Assembly (NCBI GenBank): GCA_965153455.1
Contig: OZ234493.1
Span: 27,952,213 to 28,016,212 of the forward strand
Origin: Sphagnum compactum
Taxonomy: Eukaryota
Direction of reading: 5' to 3'
Length of the DNA: 64,000 nt
Part shown: positions 1 through 11,720 of the stretch, piece by piece
Layout of the letters: the number at the start of each line of letters is the position of its first letter
Numbering within the stretch: the first letter of the stretch is position 1
Translations under genes and position numbers: made by a program
Notes under the pieces: generated by a model
What the model was told of the DNA's origin: nothing
Database searches by the model: none
Seen by the model: only the letters and a program-made list of their open reading frames with translations

Positions 1-365
1 AAGCTCTCAGTACTCATGCAGATATTGTCTACAACTGAAGTATAGTGCAAGTTCTTGCATAGCGATTGAGTTCATTTGAATGGTTTGCCACATGGCAATG
101 AATCTAATTTTCCATTGCTAGTGTAGACCCAAACAGAATCTTGCTAGTTGACATGATGCATTAGTCTGCAGTGAACTGGGTAGATTGGACTATGTCAAGA
201 CCTCCCAACTCAGAGTACTTGTAAATTATGTCTTTCTGCTTGCTTTGTATGAGTGCCCCCTATGCACTCTTTAGTCTCCAAAATAGCAACAGTAGGAATT
301 TGGCACACAAATGATTGAACTAATATTCTGTGTGGCTATGTAGATCTAGTTTGAATTCTGTGTGT

Positions 366-981
366 TGTCACACAGCAAAACCATGTTCTAGTCATTTTGG
401 GATCAACATTTTGTGTAGGGTAAAGCCCCATGGTGGGGGCATTCTCCAAATAAGGGGCCTGGGAAGACAGGCAGTAGCTGAGTCTGACCCCACATTTCAG
501 GAATGTTCCCCACCCATGAGCCTTACCCATTGTATGGGTGAACCATACCCCATGAGGCAAACATTATCATAATAAAACATGAGGTGAATGTAATCATAAG
601 CTTAAACATATGTATGAGTGAGAGGTGCCTTGTAAGTGTAAGAGGTTTGTAGGCCAAAGGTGCCTCCTGCTTCTGAGGAAGCATTATTTAATGTGTATAG
701 GGTGCCCTCCAGATACACTTGGAAACTTCTCCAGTTGCTTCATGAAATCAACTAAATATGCTTGGAAATTCTATGGGTGCTTTATAGACTTAAGTTACTG
801 CAGTGATCATTAGTAGACACTACTCAGGAAGGCTGACTTGTATATAAAAGGAAATGTTCTAGACAATACTAAAGAGTAATAACAACCCTTGCACTGAACT
901 GTTATATCTACTATTTCATTCCTGATTCTTACGCTAGCTGACCCCTACAATCTTTCTTGGGGTATTTTTTTGGTAGTGACA
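366..981. repeat. LTR-like dispersed repeat (probable old solo LTR)
   Basis: Starts TGTCAC (366) and ends GTGACA (976-981). Its ~400-780 portion resembles 11340-11720 (e.g. TGCCCTCCAGATACACTTGGAAACTTCTCCAGTTGCTTCATG vs TGCCCTCCAAATACAGTAGGAACTTCTCCAAGTGCTTCATG). No TSD seen. Confidence 0.45.
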
Positions 982-1110
982 GCACAGTGCCTGCTAGCTG
1001 ACCCCTACAATCTTTCTCGGGGTATTTTTTTGTAGTGACAGCACAGTGCCTGCTAGCTGACCCCTACAATCTTTCTCGGGGTATTTTTTTGTAGTGACAG
1101 CACAGTGCCT
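933..1110. repeat. Tandem repeat, 3 copies of a 59-60 bp unit
   Basis: GCTAGCTGACCCCTACAATCTTTCT(C/T)GGGGTATTTTTTTG(G)TAGTGACAGCACAGTGCCT starts at 933, 993 and 1052; copies are near-identical with no spacers. Confidence 0.95.
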
Positions 1111-1333
1111 TCCCACCCCTAAAAACCAAGGTGACAATCTTTTGTTTGGTTCAGATGCATTAAAATGACAAAATTCCTTTGCTGCAGGGAATTTACATGC
1201 AATCTCCCCTACACCAGGGAAATTAGGAGAGATTCATGGGAGCAGAAAATTACACTTGGGGAGATCCTCCAAGTTACACTTTGTTTTTTTACCTGGGGTT
1301 TTTACAAGGTAAGGGTCTCATCCAGGGCCTTAT

Positions 1334-1817
1334 TGTCATACCCAGATTCACCTCAGCGCCCTTGTGCTCTTGTCTCCGTTCATGCTCTTCATTAAACATA
1401 TAAATTACCTGCACATGGCAACCACGCGCTGGTAAATTTCTGCATTCAGTCCCAGTCTTGTAGTCTTGAGCTAACCTTGACCCCTAGATGGGTGGGACTG
1501 AACTCATTGAGGACTTCCCAAGTGATACAAAGCCTTGTCGCCCGGGATTACCATTTTTCATCTCTCGGCCTAATTGTAGACTTGTGTCTAGTTCAAGGAC
1601 TTAGTGCGTTGAGGCCGTCTCCTAAGGCCCCTTCCTTAAACCCTCATTCACTGGCACCTATGCAGCTCATGAGTGCTATCAAACATGGAGTTGAACCCAG
1701 CCCAACACTTAGATTCACAACTCAAACTACCACAAGGGTCGCCATGCGGTGGTCTAGACTTGGGCCCCGATTAGGTGAATCCTCCACGCTTGAAGGTTTG
1801 ACTAAAAGGGCATGTCA
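1334..1817 (-). repeat. 3' LTR of gypsy copy A
   Basis: TGTCATACCC...GGGCATGTCA; homologous to 6479-6967, 34760-35243 and 41341-41813; adjacent to the PPT. Confidence 0.9.
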
Positions 1818-2569
1818 CTCTCCCCCACTTTAGAAATGTCAACATCCTCATTGACGTTACTTAGGGGTGATTGCCCTTGGGCATTTCTGCCACCTCTCTA
1901 CCCTTGATCCCATGGTGGGGTTAGTTATTTCCTAATAAAAAAAGACCGTTCACAATGTGTCTTTGTGTTCTTAGTGTAGGAGGTATTATTGAATGTGTCT
2001 TTTGTTTTCACCCAATGCATTCATTTGTAGCATCTTCTCCAAATTCCCCCCTGCAATCATCTGTTCTTTCTTTCGAGTCCATTTCAAGTCTAGCTTGGAG
2101 ATTTTGGTCACCGCATCAAATGAAGGTCACAAACACGCCAACAAATAGTGTTGAACCGGGCTTTACAGTTCAAATCCCCTTTACCCAAATGGGACATGAT
2201 TCACGAGTTCATGCACAAGAAGTATGACTTCTCCACTCAAGGATGTGCCATTTATTCGCATGCACCACCACCTCGATCTCACATAACTAAACCTTAGAGT
2301 TTCCAATTCGAATCGAACTCCAACTGCATTTCTATTGGTTGCTACCTTTTTGCCTTTCTTAAATGTTCCTTCTACCACAAACCTTAGCATTTTCGATGCC
2401 AACTATGCTCATGAAACCCCTTAACCCCCCTTAAATTAGTGAGGTTAATTATTTTTGTTATTTTGTGGGCATTTTCCTTCACTTTAAAGGGGGTTGATGC
2501 CATCATCAACAATTAAACCATTTGTAGGTGGGCCTTTCTTTTTCTTTTGAGTTTTTTGCATTCCTAGTT

Positions 2570-3728
2570 CGTGACCCCTCTCCTACTCAAACTTGTTCAT
2601 CATCTCTTGGAGGTGGTCCAAGTGAGCAATCTTCATCCACATTGCTTCCTTGTCATGGCAACCTTTATACTTCACCAGATACTCATTACTTTTGAGGTGT
2701 GTTTACTTCGCACGAAATATGCCTTCGATTTCAAATGTTAGCCTATGTTTAATGGCATCCACTTCCAATCGCACTTTTTGCTTCCAATTTCATTTTTGTT
2801 CATCACACAAAGACAACTTTAATTTTGAGACATGAAAAGTTAAATGTGCCACAAAATTAATTAGCAACTTAAGATATATACGTTGGGATGCATATTATGC
2901 AAAATTTCAGCCACACGTGTTACCCAACCTCAAACTCCACGTGCTTTCGTGTTTTATTGGCTTGCCTTTCATACCACTTTTGAGACTATTCCAAGAGCTT
3001 CAGTGTATAATTGGCTCGAATGTATAATTTTTCACGCCCTTTGACCATCTTCACAACTTCCTTAAAGTCACCCTTCAACCCATGGAATGGCTAAGTCCAT
3101 TAGCTTCCTAGCTTCTTTTCCTAATGTTAATTCGAATGGAGACATCTTTGTCACCGAGTGCATCATGGAGTTGTAACAAAACTCTGCCAAGCCTAAATGT
3201 TCGCCCCGATCTCTTTAATCAACACTCTCATAGTTTTTAAAGTATTGGTTCAACAACCCATTAACCCTTTTTGTTGGGCCAGTGGTTTGTAAGTGAAATG
3301 TCGTACTAAAAAACAATTTTGTCCCCACCCTCTTAAACAAATGCTTTCAGAAACTTGTCATAAATTTGACATCTCTATCACTTACAATGAATTGAGGCAT
3401 CACATGGTGCCTAACCCACATGTCAAAAAACAATTTTGTTGAATCAAAAATTGTTGTGATCATCTTTGTTGGAACCATTTTTGTTAATTTGGAAAATTGA
3501 TCTACTATTACCAGAATGGCATCCATCCCGTTCCATTTGAGGAGTTATGTGATGAAGTCCATGGACACACTCCCAGTGTTCATTCGGGATCAATAAAGGC
3601 ATGTAATCCATTTTATTTTTTTATAGATGGACTTCATGTTTTGGCTTTTCACAAGGTGTGCACGAAATGTTATACATCCTCTTTCATCTCAAGATAATAG
3701 AATCTTTTCCCTACGGGCACTCTTAAGG
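2570..3728 (-). pseudogene. Integrase and chromodomain remnant of gypsy copy A
   Basis: Minus-strand translation gives fragments such as VSMDFIT, FDMWVRHHVMPQFIVSDRDVKF, FSTTFHLQT and the chromodomain-like EYLVKYKGCHDKEAMWMKIAHLDHL, interrupted by stops and frameshifts. Confidence 0.85.
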
Positions 3729-3732
3729 GTCA

Positions 3733-5010
3733 TGTCCATCCATGTGAAAACTAATAGTGAACTATGAATTAATTAAGAGTGAATTAAAAGTGAATTGAAA
3801 TTTAATTATGAGTTAACTGGAAATGAACTAAGACTTAACTGAGAGGTAATTAGAAGTGAACTAAGGGATAACTACAAAAAAACTAAAAGTTAACTAGAAG
3901 CTAATTGATAGTTAACTAAAAGCTAACTAAGTGTGAATTGAAATTATATTAAGAGTTAAGTACAAGTTCATTATAAGTCATAGATGAACTGAACATTCAT
4001 ATAAATGAACTCCATGGTGTTGGCTTCCGATACATTGCAAGAATCATTTTATAAACTTTTAGTAGAAGTTGGCTAAGCCTAAGAAGGATCAAATTCTTTT
4101 AACCATTCAACCACCTTTAACACCTTGTTCTAAGCCATTGCCCCTTGCCCCTTGGAGGACATCCAAGGGGTGTCATAACTAAGCAACAAACTTCTAAATC
4201 TTTCTACAAATATTTTTCTCTATTTTACCCTTGTCTGAACTAGACAACAATCTCCTTCCTATTTATTGTTTACCCCCCCTTACTACTACTATGATTACTT
4301 GAAACCCTAATCCAAGGAATTACAACTAAATACACAACCACACACACACACACACACACACACAAGTGGGAGCAAAACTTTTCAAACTCAAGCCTCACAC
4401 TTCAAAATAGAAGATAATTACAAAGGAGTTCTTTGTCCCTACCTAGGTTTCTCCTCTTCCAACCAAGCTCCTATTCACACCTGCTAAAACATCTTCATGC
4501 CTAGAAGTAACACTATTTCCTTTTTTTCCTTCCTTCTCTAATTACTTCACTTCCTACTTTCAACCACATTACTTTTCACTACCTATTCAAGCTCCTCCTT
4601 GTGATATATTCTTTTTTTTCACCTACTTCCCTAATTCCAACTTCAAAAGGCAAACCTTCTTTCCCTTACAAATCAACCTTTTCTCCCTTCATCTCCTCCT
4701 TCTTTTCTACTTCTATCTTGCAAGACCAAGCACTCCTCCCCAATACCTCCACCACCTTTCACCCCTTGAGTGGAGCAATGCCACATATCCTCCATTGAAT
4801 AACCGCCATCCTCCACAGATCATTTCCTGATGCCCCCACTTCCATCACTTGCTTGGGGAGCCGCCCTCCTTGGAATCCATCTCCCCATGATGTGATAGCC
4901 ACCTTCTTGCCCCATTTGGCCTCCTTATGATTTTTCCTACCCCATTACAACTCAACATCATCAATCTTCATTTTCTCTCACTCCCTCACACCCTACTCAT
5001 CATTTTGAGA
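3733..5010 (+). mobile_element. Unrelated nested fragment (possible LTR plus 5' region of another retroelement) replacing PR-RT-RH of copy A
   Basis: No homology to the pol region of copy B. Starts TGT, contains degenerate GAACTAA/GTTAAC-type repeats, then (CA)n followed by AGTGGGAGC and a pyrimidine-rich region. Boundaries approximate. Confidence 0.4.
4339..4364. repeat. (CA)13 microsatellite
   Basis: Direct reading. Confidence 0.95.
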
Positions 5011-6400
5011 GGTGGAAGAGGAGTCAACAATGGTGCCCACTCCCTTCCCAACAACAAGAGAAAAGTATGTGTTTGTTGCGACCTTTGCCCCCATTGCTTG
5101 GGCTAGCATGGTGCTTTTGAGTGATTTCGCTTCTAGTTTCACCCTTCGGGCATGGAGAGCCTTCATCCTCCATGCATTTCACCATCTTCATCAAGCCCTA
5201 ACAAGTGATTGAGATGTCCATCTTTTGATAGATAATGTTTTGAACCCAAGGTTTTAGCCCACACAAAAAGACCAATTTCGTGGCAAACTCCTCTTTTATA
5301 AGGACCACAGTCAACATATAACTAAAATCTTGTACATAACAGCCCAAGGAGTCCATTCCATCTCTTTAAACGAATTCTAGGAACTCCATTCCTCTTTGAA
5401 CATCAAATGATACGGCATGAACCTTTCATTTAGCGTCGATTTGAATTCCTCCCATGTGAGGGCTTCAAGGAGGTTGGGTGTTTCCTACTTTTGAAACATC
5501 CAATAATCCCAAACGTGTTCCTTGAGGAGTGTGTGAATGAAATGAACATGTTCTTTGTCTGTTTCAAGGTGTTGAGTTTCTAGATATGCTTCAACCAAGG
5601 TCGCACCTTTTTTGTCTTCGTCTCCTTCCCTATGAAGGAGTTTCACAAACTTGCTTTTACGACCACCTTGGGGAACCCCGACTTAGAGTATTGCCTATAA
5701 CACCCAAACCCTTCGCAATTCGACCCATGATTTTTGTGGTCTCATTGCATTACAACATGGCTTCACCTTGTTATGCCATGAAGGTTTAGAAGGTGTCAAG
5801 GAGGGCCAAAATTTCTTTGGATGTCTTGTCCGTCTTTTTTTGGTGCATTCCCTCTTTTCATGCCTCAAAAGACTTGCCCACTTTTGGACGTTTTGGGGCT
5901 TGTTTGCCCCCTTTACCCTTTGTGGGTTCATTCAACAGAACCAACAAATAATCACCCTCATTGTTGGACTTCTTGGACGAGTGCAAGTCCACATGCACTG
6001 GCAGCTCCTTGCCTTGTTCATGAACTTTTTCCTTTCCCTTGTTCTTCTTAGGAGCCACAAGAAGTTTCTTTATTGACAAGCCCACATTTGCTTTAGTTTT
6101 TTCCTTTCTTTCGACAATGTGGTGAGCAGTCCTTTTCTTGTGCCAAAATTTTGCTCAAGCCAACCCCATCCTTGCCCTTATTTTTTTTACTCTTACAATG
6201 AGGGGCCATTTCATCTTCCTCCTCCACTATTTCCTTTATGTTTTGTGCCTTTTCTTTGAGCAACTCATCCTCCACCATGGCCTTCCTAAGGTGGCCAATT
6301 CCTCGGAAGCTGAGTCCTTTTCCTCCTTCATTTTAGTTTTGTACTTCCTCTTCGATTTAGGCTCCACCACGGTCAATGTGCTCAACACTGGTTGTTATGA
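5010..6400 (-). pseudogene. gag remnant of gypsy copy A with Lys-rich N-terminal region
   Basis: Retrotransposon-gag-like fragments (HVHFIHTLLKEHVWDYW, LTWEEFKSTLNERF, LVFLCGLKPWVQ) match the gag of copy B; ORF pieces 5858-6085 and 6093-6278. Confidence 0.8.
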
Positions 6401-6478
6401 GACCATTTGCTTTAAGAATTACCCTTAAATGCTTTAAAGGTTTTTCCAAAAGCTCAAGGAACTTACTTTGATACTTAA

Positions 6479-6967
6479 TGTCGTACCAAGGTGCACCTTG
6501 GCACATTCACGCCCTTGTCTCTATACACATTCTTCACTAAACACCTAAACTACCTACACATGGCAAACCACGCAATGGTGAGTTATGAGTTATGACATTC
6601 AAACTTGTCTCATAACCTTTGGTTAACTCCGACCCCTAGACGAGTGGGCCTAACCCCTTGCAAACTTCCCAAGTGGTACAAGGCCTTGTCACTTGGGATT
6701 ATCATCTCCCATCCTTCAGCCTAACCACTGACTTGTGTCTAGCTCAAAGACCTAGTGTGCCAAGGCCGTCTTCTCAGGCCCCCTGCTTTAAATTGTCACT
6801 CGCTAGCACCTATGTAGCTCATAAGTGCTATCAAACTGGGTTTGAACCCAGCCCAACATTTAGATCACAACCCCAGCCAGCAAAGGGGCTGCCCTGTGAA
6901 GGTCCGGACTTGGGCCCTGTCTAGGCAAATCCCCCTCACTTGAGGGTTCACCTAGAAGGGCATGTCA
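6479..6967 (-). repeat. 5' LTR of gypsy copy A
   Basis: TGTCGTACC...GGGCATGTCA; adjacent to the PBS. Confidence 0.9.
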
Positions 6968-7041
6968 GTTACCCTAGGGCTTAGCATAGTAAGATGGGCA
7001 CAAGATGATAGCCAGAGTGAACTCAATTCTGATAATGCTCT

Positions 7042-7470
7042 CATCCAAGGGCCTTACCCATCACAAAGAAAGAGGCCAATGGACAAGATCAAACAAGACA
7101 CATGTAGAATCAATTGCCAAGATGAACCAATATGACTTTATGAACCCACCTCATAACTAGCAGGCACCTTACAGCGAATGAGATCATCCCCACAGCATGC
7201 TCAGTATGTGACCCTGCAAATTAAAATTGAATGAAGAACAGGAAAACATACCATCCAAGGGTCTAACCCATCACAAAGAAAGAGGCCAATGGACAAGATC
7301 AAACAAGACACATGTAGAATCAATTGCCAACATGAACCAATATGATTCTATAAACCCACCTTATAAATAGCAGGCACCTTACAGCGTATGAGATCATCCC
7401 CACAGCATGCTCAGTATGTGACCCTGCAAATTAAAATTGAATGAAGAACAGTGAAAACATACCATCCAAG
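7042..7470. repeat. Tandem duplication, 2 copies of ~210 bp
   Basis: CATCCAAG recurs at 7042, 7252 and 7463; the units are highly similar (CCCATCACAAAGAAAGAGGCCAATGGACAAGATC...). Confidence 0.95.
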
Positions 7471-10400
7471 TGTGCTGAGGCTAGTAAAAGGCACAGCACA
7501 GGCTGGAACTGCCTGATAAGAGTGTAATGAATATGATCTGACTGTTGCTCCCTATTTCTGATTGGCCAATCATAGATTGGTCCAGGTGGTTTGCTATCAG
7601 TTGAGTTCCACTTTGTGTTTAGAGGTGGGGTTGCAAAAACTTAAATAACTAAATATGAATGTGAGAAATATTTTTGCAGGGTCACATACTGAGCACGGCT
7701 GGGGATGCTATAAGAACCCTCCTCCATTTGATTTCCCCAAAATATTTCTCCCAGGAGAAATATGTTTTCAAAATAGCATGGTCATACAAGGGTTGATTAA
7801 AGGAAGTGCTGAAACACACTGCCCAACTCCTATATAATTGTCTCACCTGTGACCAGACTGACATGAAGCGATACAGAGACTGATGCCTACTCATGGTCTC
7901 ATCAGTTTTCAGGTATCATGGAAACCCCCCATAAATAAGCCCTGGCTTACATACCAACCAAAATATTAATAACTGACTTACTTTCCTCTTGAGTGCCAGT
8001 TGACGGATATTAGTTTTCCATCATAGGAGTTGCCATATTTTTGCTGTGCAATATTACCCAAAACAGTAATATGCCATTAAAAAGGATGCATTAGGAAGCG
8101 GATGACTCCAATATTCCAACTTTCAAGCCTTTTGGAGTTTGAAGGACTACTGAAAGAGCCCCCCTCTATTAGGCAATGTCAGAACAAACAGACCGCCAAA
8201 AGAATGCCCCAATTTAGAGCCATCATAGAACATTTCACGGCCAAAGATTACTGATGAGGGAGGTCCTTTGAAACCATCAAGTAGGAATAATAAATAATTG
8301 GCTGAAACAATGGGACCATTGGCGCTAGCACTCAGTGGCTGCCACTCACAAACTGGACTATATTCCCAATTTTGCCACTATTTGGACTTGCTATTATTAA
8401 AAGGACCCATTCAGCCTTTTCCCTAGCGAGCTCCAGACTTCTACTTACCATCTCTGGTGTATTCTTGTTCCCCCTTGCACCTTTCCATTTTGTTTGCAGA
8501 ATCTCCACCTACATATTTGGTTGATTTCTTCCTCAAGCCCTATTAAGAGCTTAAACCTGGTCTCCTTGTTCAATTCTTGCTAATGGGTAACATGCAAGGA
8601 AGACGTAATACTGCTTCAACAGTGGTTTCAGGTTTCAGACACATTTGTAAGATTCTGGTTAACCAAACTTGTCGGGTTAAAGAGCAGGTCGCCCGTTATT
8701 ACTACAATGGCGTATAAACTGTATTTTGAATGAAGTGCAGACTTCAAATAGTGTACAATTGGGGTTGGACATCAAACCTGTAAATTTCAAATTTTACCCA
8801 AGATACTGTGATCTCCATAAGCACAGTTTTAAAAAAGACTGGTCATAATGATAGGCCCAGGTAGTTGCATTTGCATACTTAGTCTCTCACATTTTGGTGT
8901 CTGATCTAATTTTTCATGTTTATGGGTGGGGCTACTGAACAATTAACCCTCTATGTTGGATGTGAAAATCAATGGTAAAGGCCCAAATTTGGGGTGTGGG
9001 TGGACCTGCTCTAATTCAGCTGATTGCTTGCTGCAAATTAGCTGCATAACCCACACCTCTAGAAAGAAAGCTGTCCAATTATGGTAGAAAGCTGTGGCTA
9101 TGGTTTGGACAAATTGAGGACATTGTGAGAGTGGGAAGATATTCAAAGGATGCTAGTGGAATGATGTACACTGTATGTAGACAACTTTTGTATAATCTAT
9201 CGTTCTAAGTAAAAGCCCTTCCTGATTTAGGATCCTCATGATATCATTGCACATCATGTTCAAAATAGGGGGTCATTCAAGGAGAGTACCTTAAGCTCAA
9301 ATTTAGAATAGCATCAATTTAGAATTTGCTATGTTACGCCTTATAAAAGGGTCTTTCTTAGTTTGGTTACCTAGTTTTATTGGCCCTGCCTTGCAAGGCA
9401 GGGATATTTTGTTGAGAATCATTAGAGAGTTTAGTAGCTTCAAGGGATTTTGCCCCCTATCAACTAGGTGAGATGCTAATTTGATTGTAAAAAGATTCAT
9501 ATTCATCTTTTGATATTTTGTTTGCTCTACCACCTCCTCAAATGACTTTGTCATCAATCCATAATCACAAAATTAAATATGAAAATACTTTCTCCAAAAA
9601 TGGTTATGGCACCCATCATACGCAAAAATACATGTAATTCTTGCAAAATGTGACAATGTGATTGAAAACAGTCAAATACACATGTCATGATGAGACTTTT
9701 TTTTGGTTTGAGATTTTGCACAAATGTGAAAAATAAATATGAAAAGATAATATGTGATCATTTGTTTGGCAAAAAAAGTCATTAGATTTGCAAAAAATTA
9801 AGAATCATGTTGTGGCATTTTCCTATTGGTTTTGATTTGGTAACAAATTTTTAAATGTTTAAATAGGTTCCTAAATATGTCATCATTTAATGTGAGATTG
9901 CTTTTGGGTTCCTCATAATTATTTGTCCCCTAGTTATGACCATTTATAATAAATATCAATTGTTGATATTAAATTAATGGCAGGGCCATTGTGTATAACA
10001 CACCTTGTTATGTTTCTTCTACCTCTAGAAGGCGAATTGAACTCTCATGTGTTCAGACATTGCCCTTCTAAACATTGGGAGGGTTATTTAAGAGTCATGG
10101 CTCACCAATTTGGATGGAGATCTCAACATCTCAACATAATGCTTACATTCTTATGATTACATTCCCCCACATTTTGAGCTATGCTTTCTTATTTATTTTG
10201 TTCTTATACATGTTTGTGTTTAGTTTTAGTTGCTATTTATGCTTAAGCATTCCATGGTTTAGTTTGTCAAAGAGCATATGCTCGTGATAAAACTTATATC
10301 TCACAAGGTTTCTCTCTAGAATTGTTTTGAGAGTTGTGCTATTGTCCATTATCAAACAAGGGAGGTTGGGTTACATTTTAATTCTAATCAATTGCAAAGA

Positions 10401-11339
10401 TTTGATTCATTATCAAATAGTTTTATGATATTGATCTTAGTTTCTCGAACTAGTGCAAATTGTTCTTTCCAAATATGATATAGCAAGCCCACATGGAAGG
10501 TGGCTATGAGGCGGAAGATAATTCAAAGCATCTTGAATGTTTTAAACCATTTTTTAGGGTCACTTGAACATGGATGTTGGATGATTTCAATGTCCTTAGC
10601 TTGAAAAGTCCTTTTAATCCTCTTCAGCACTTTGGACCAATTTTTTTTCTGACCTAGTAGTCAAGCATTTATCAAATAATGGTTGTGTGATTTTTTAAAT
10701 GAATCTCAAAATTGATTTAAAAATACTATGCTGCGAATGCTAAACTGAATTTCTTCTTTTATTTGGGTTCTTATGTGCACATATGAAGTATTTAGGTGTA
10801 AAGAAAGTGCAGGATGCATGTTCAGTACTAGCAGCTGACTGTATAACACCAAGTTCAATGCGCAACTAGTTGCAACCATAATCATATATACTCATTGAGG
10901 ATATGCATTGCTCTTGGCATTTTGAGCATGATCCTTGTTCTGCAAGGGTTGCAGTATAAAATCCTAAAGCCATGGAGATTCCATGGCTCTTTTGCAAATT
11001 TCAGACTGCACACACTGTATCTGTGTACATATTGTGAACATTGAAGCTACTTGCATTGGAAGTGTTCCATGTCACATAGTGCCCCCCAGCTTGCATTGGT
11101 TAATTTATTAAATATTTGTGGCAAGGACTGGTGCACTGCCCTGTAACTCGTAATTTTATGTACTATAGAATGCATACTTGGTGGGTGATCCTGCCAAGCA
11201 AGTGCCTAGTAGTTGTTTGCCTGGCAGCCTTGGCCACCAAGGGCAAAGTCCCTGATGCGAATAGTGGGCACCGGGTCCCCTACGCTGACGTATGGGGAGC
11301 TCCATGAACAGAAAGTTTCCCTCTGACAGGCCTGGAGAA

Positions 11340-11720
11340 TCACAGCACAGGTTCGACCGAATCCTCCCATGCTCTTGATCGTGTAGTGCAAAATCCCCAA
11401 AGGGGGCGGTGGGGATTGCATTCTCAAAATAGGATGAGATGGGAGCTGAGTCCAGCCGTGCATTTGGGGAATTTCCTCCACCCCTGGACTTTACCTATTG
11501 TATGAGACACACATGATCATGAACTTAGACGTATGTAGATCATGACGTATATAGGAGGGGGACGGTTCTTATGCCTACTACGCCTTAAGATCACTCCCAC
11601 TCTTAAGGAGTAGGTGTAAGATGCCTCCTCTTTTGTAGGAGAGGTATTCACATATGTATAGATGCCCTCCAAATACAGTAGGAACTTCTCCAAGTGCTTC
11701 ATGGAAACTTTGAACTAGGT
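11340..11720. repeat. Diverged partial copy of the 366-981 LTR-like repeat
   Basis: Collinear similarity to ~370-780 in the same orientation; boundaries approximate. Confidence 0.55.

Larger units (their letters stand above)
1334..6967 (-). mobile_element. Degenerate, internally deleted Ty3/gypsy chromovirus-type LTR retrotransposon (copy A)
   Basis: Two homologous ~485-bp TG...CA LTRs. Degenerate tRNA-iMet-type PBS next to the 5' LTR (rc of CTTTGATACT, ~6466-6475). PPT next to the 3' LTR (rc of CTCTCCCCCACTTT, 1818-1831). Gag, integrase and chromodomain remnants on the minus strand. Flanks CTTAT/GTTAC are at best a diverged 5-bp TSD. Confidence 0.9.

Noticed and set aside
933..1110. CRISPR-like array
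   Set aside because: Head-to-tail identical units without unique spacers, no cas genes, and a eukaryotic context.
9300..10660. Possible LINE reverse-transcriptase relic (GGLG-like patch near 10345-10370)
   Set aside because: CHG-poor like a TE, but only one weak motif; too decayed to call without a profile search.
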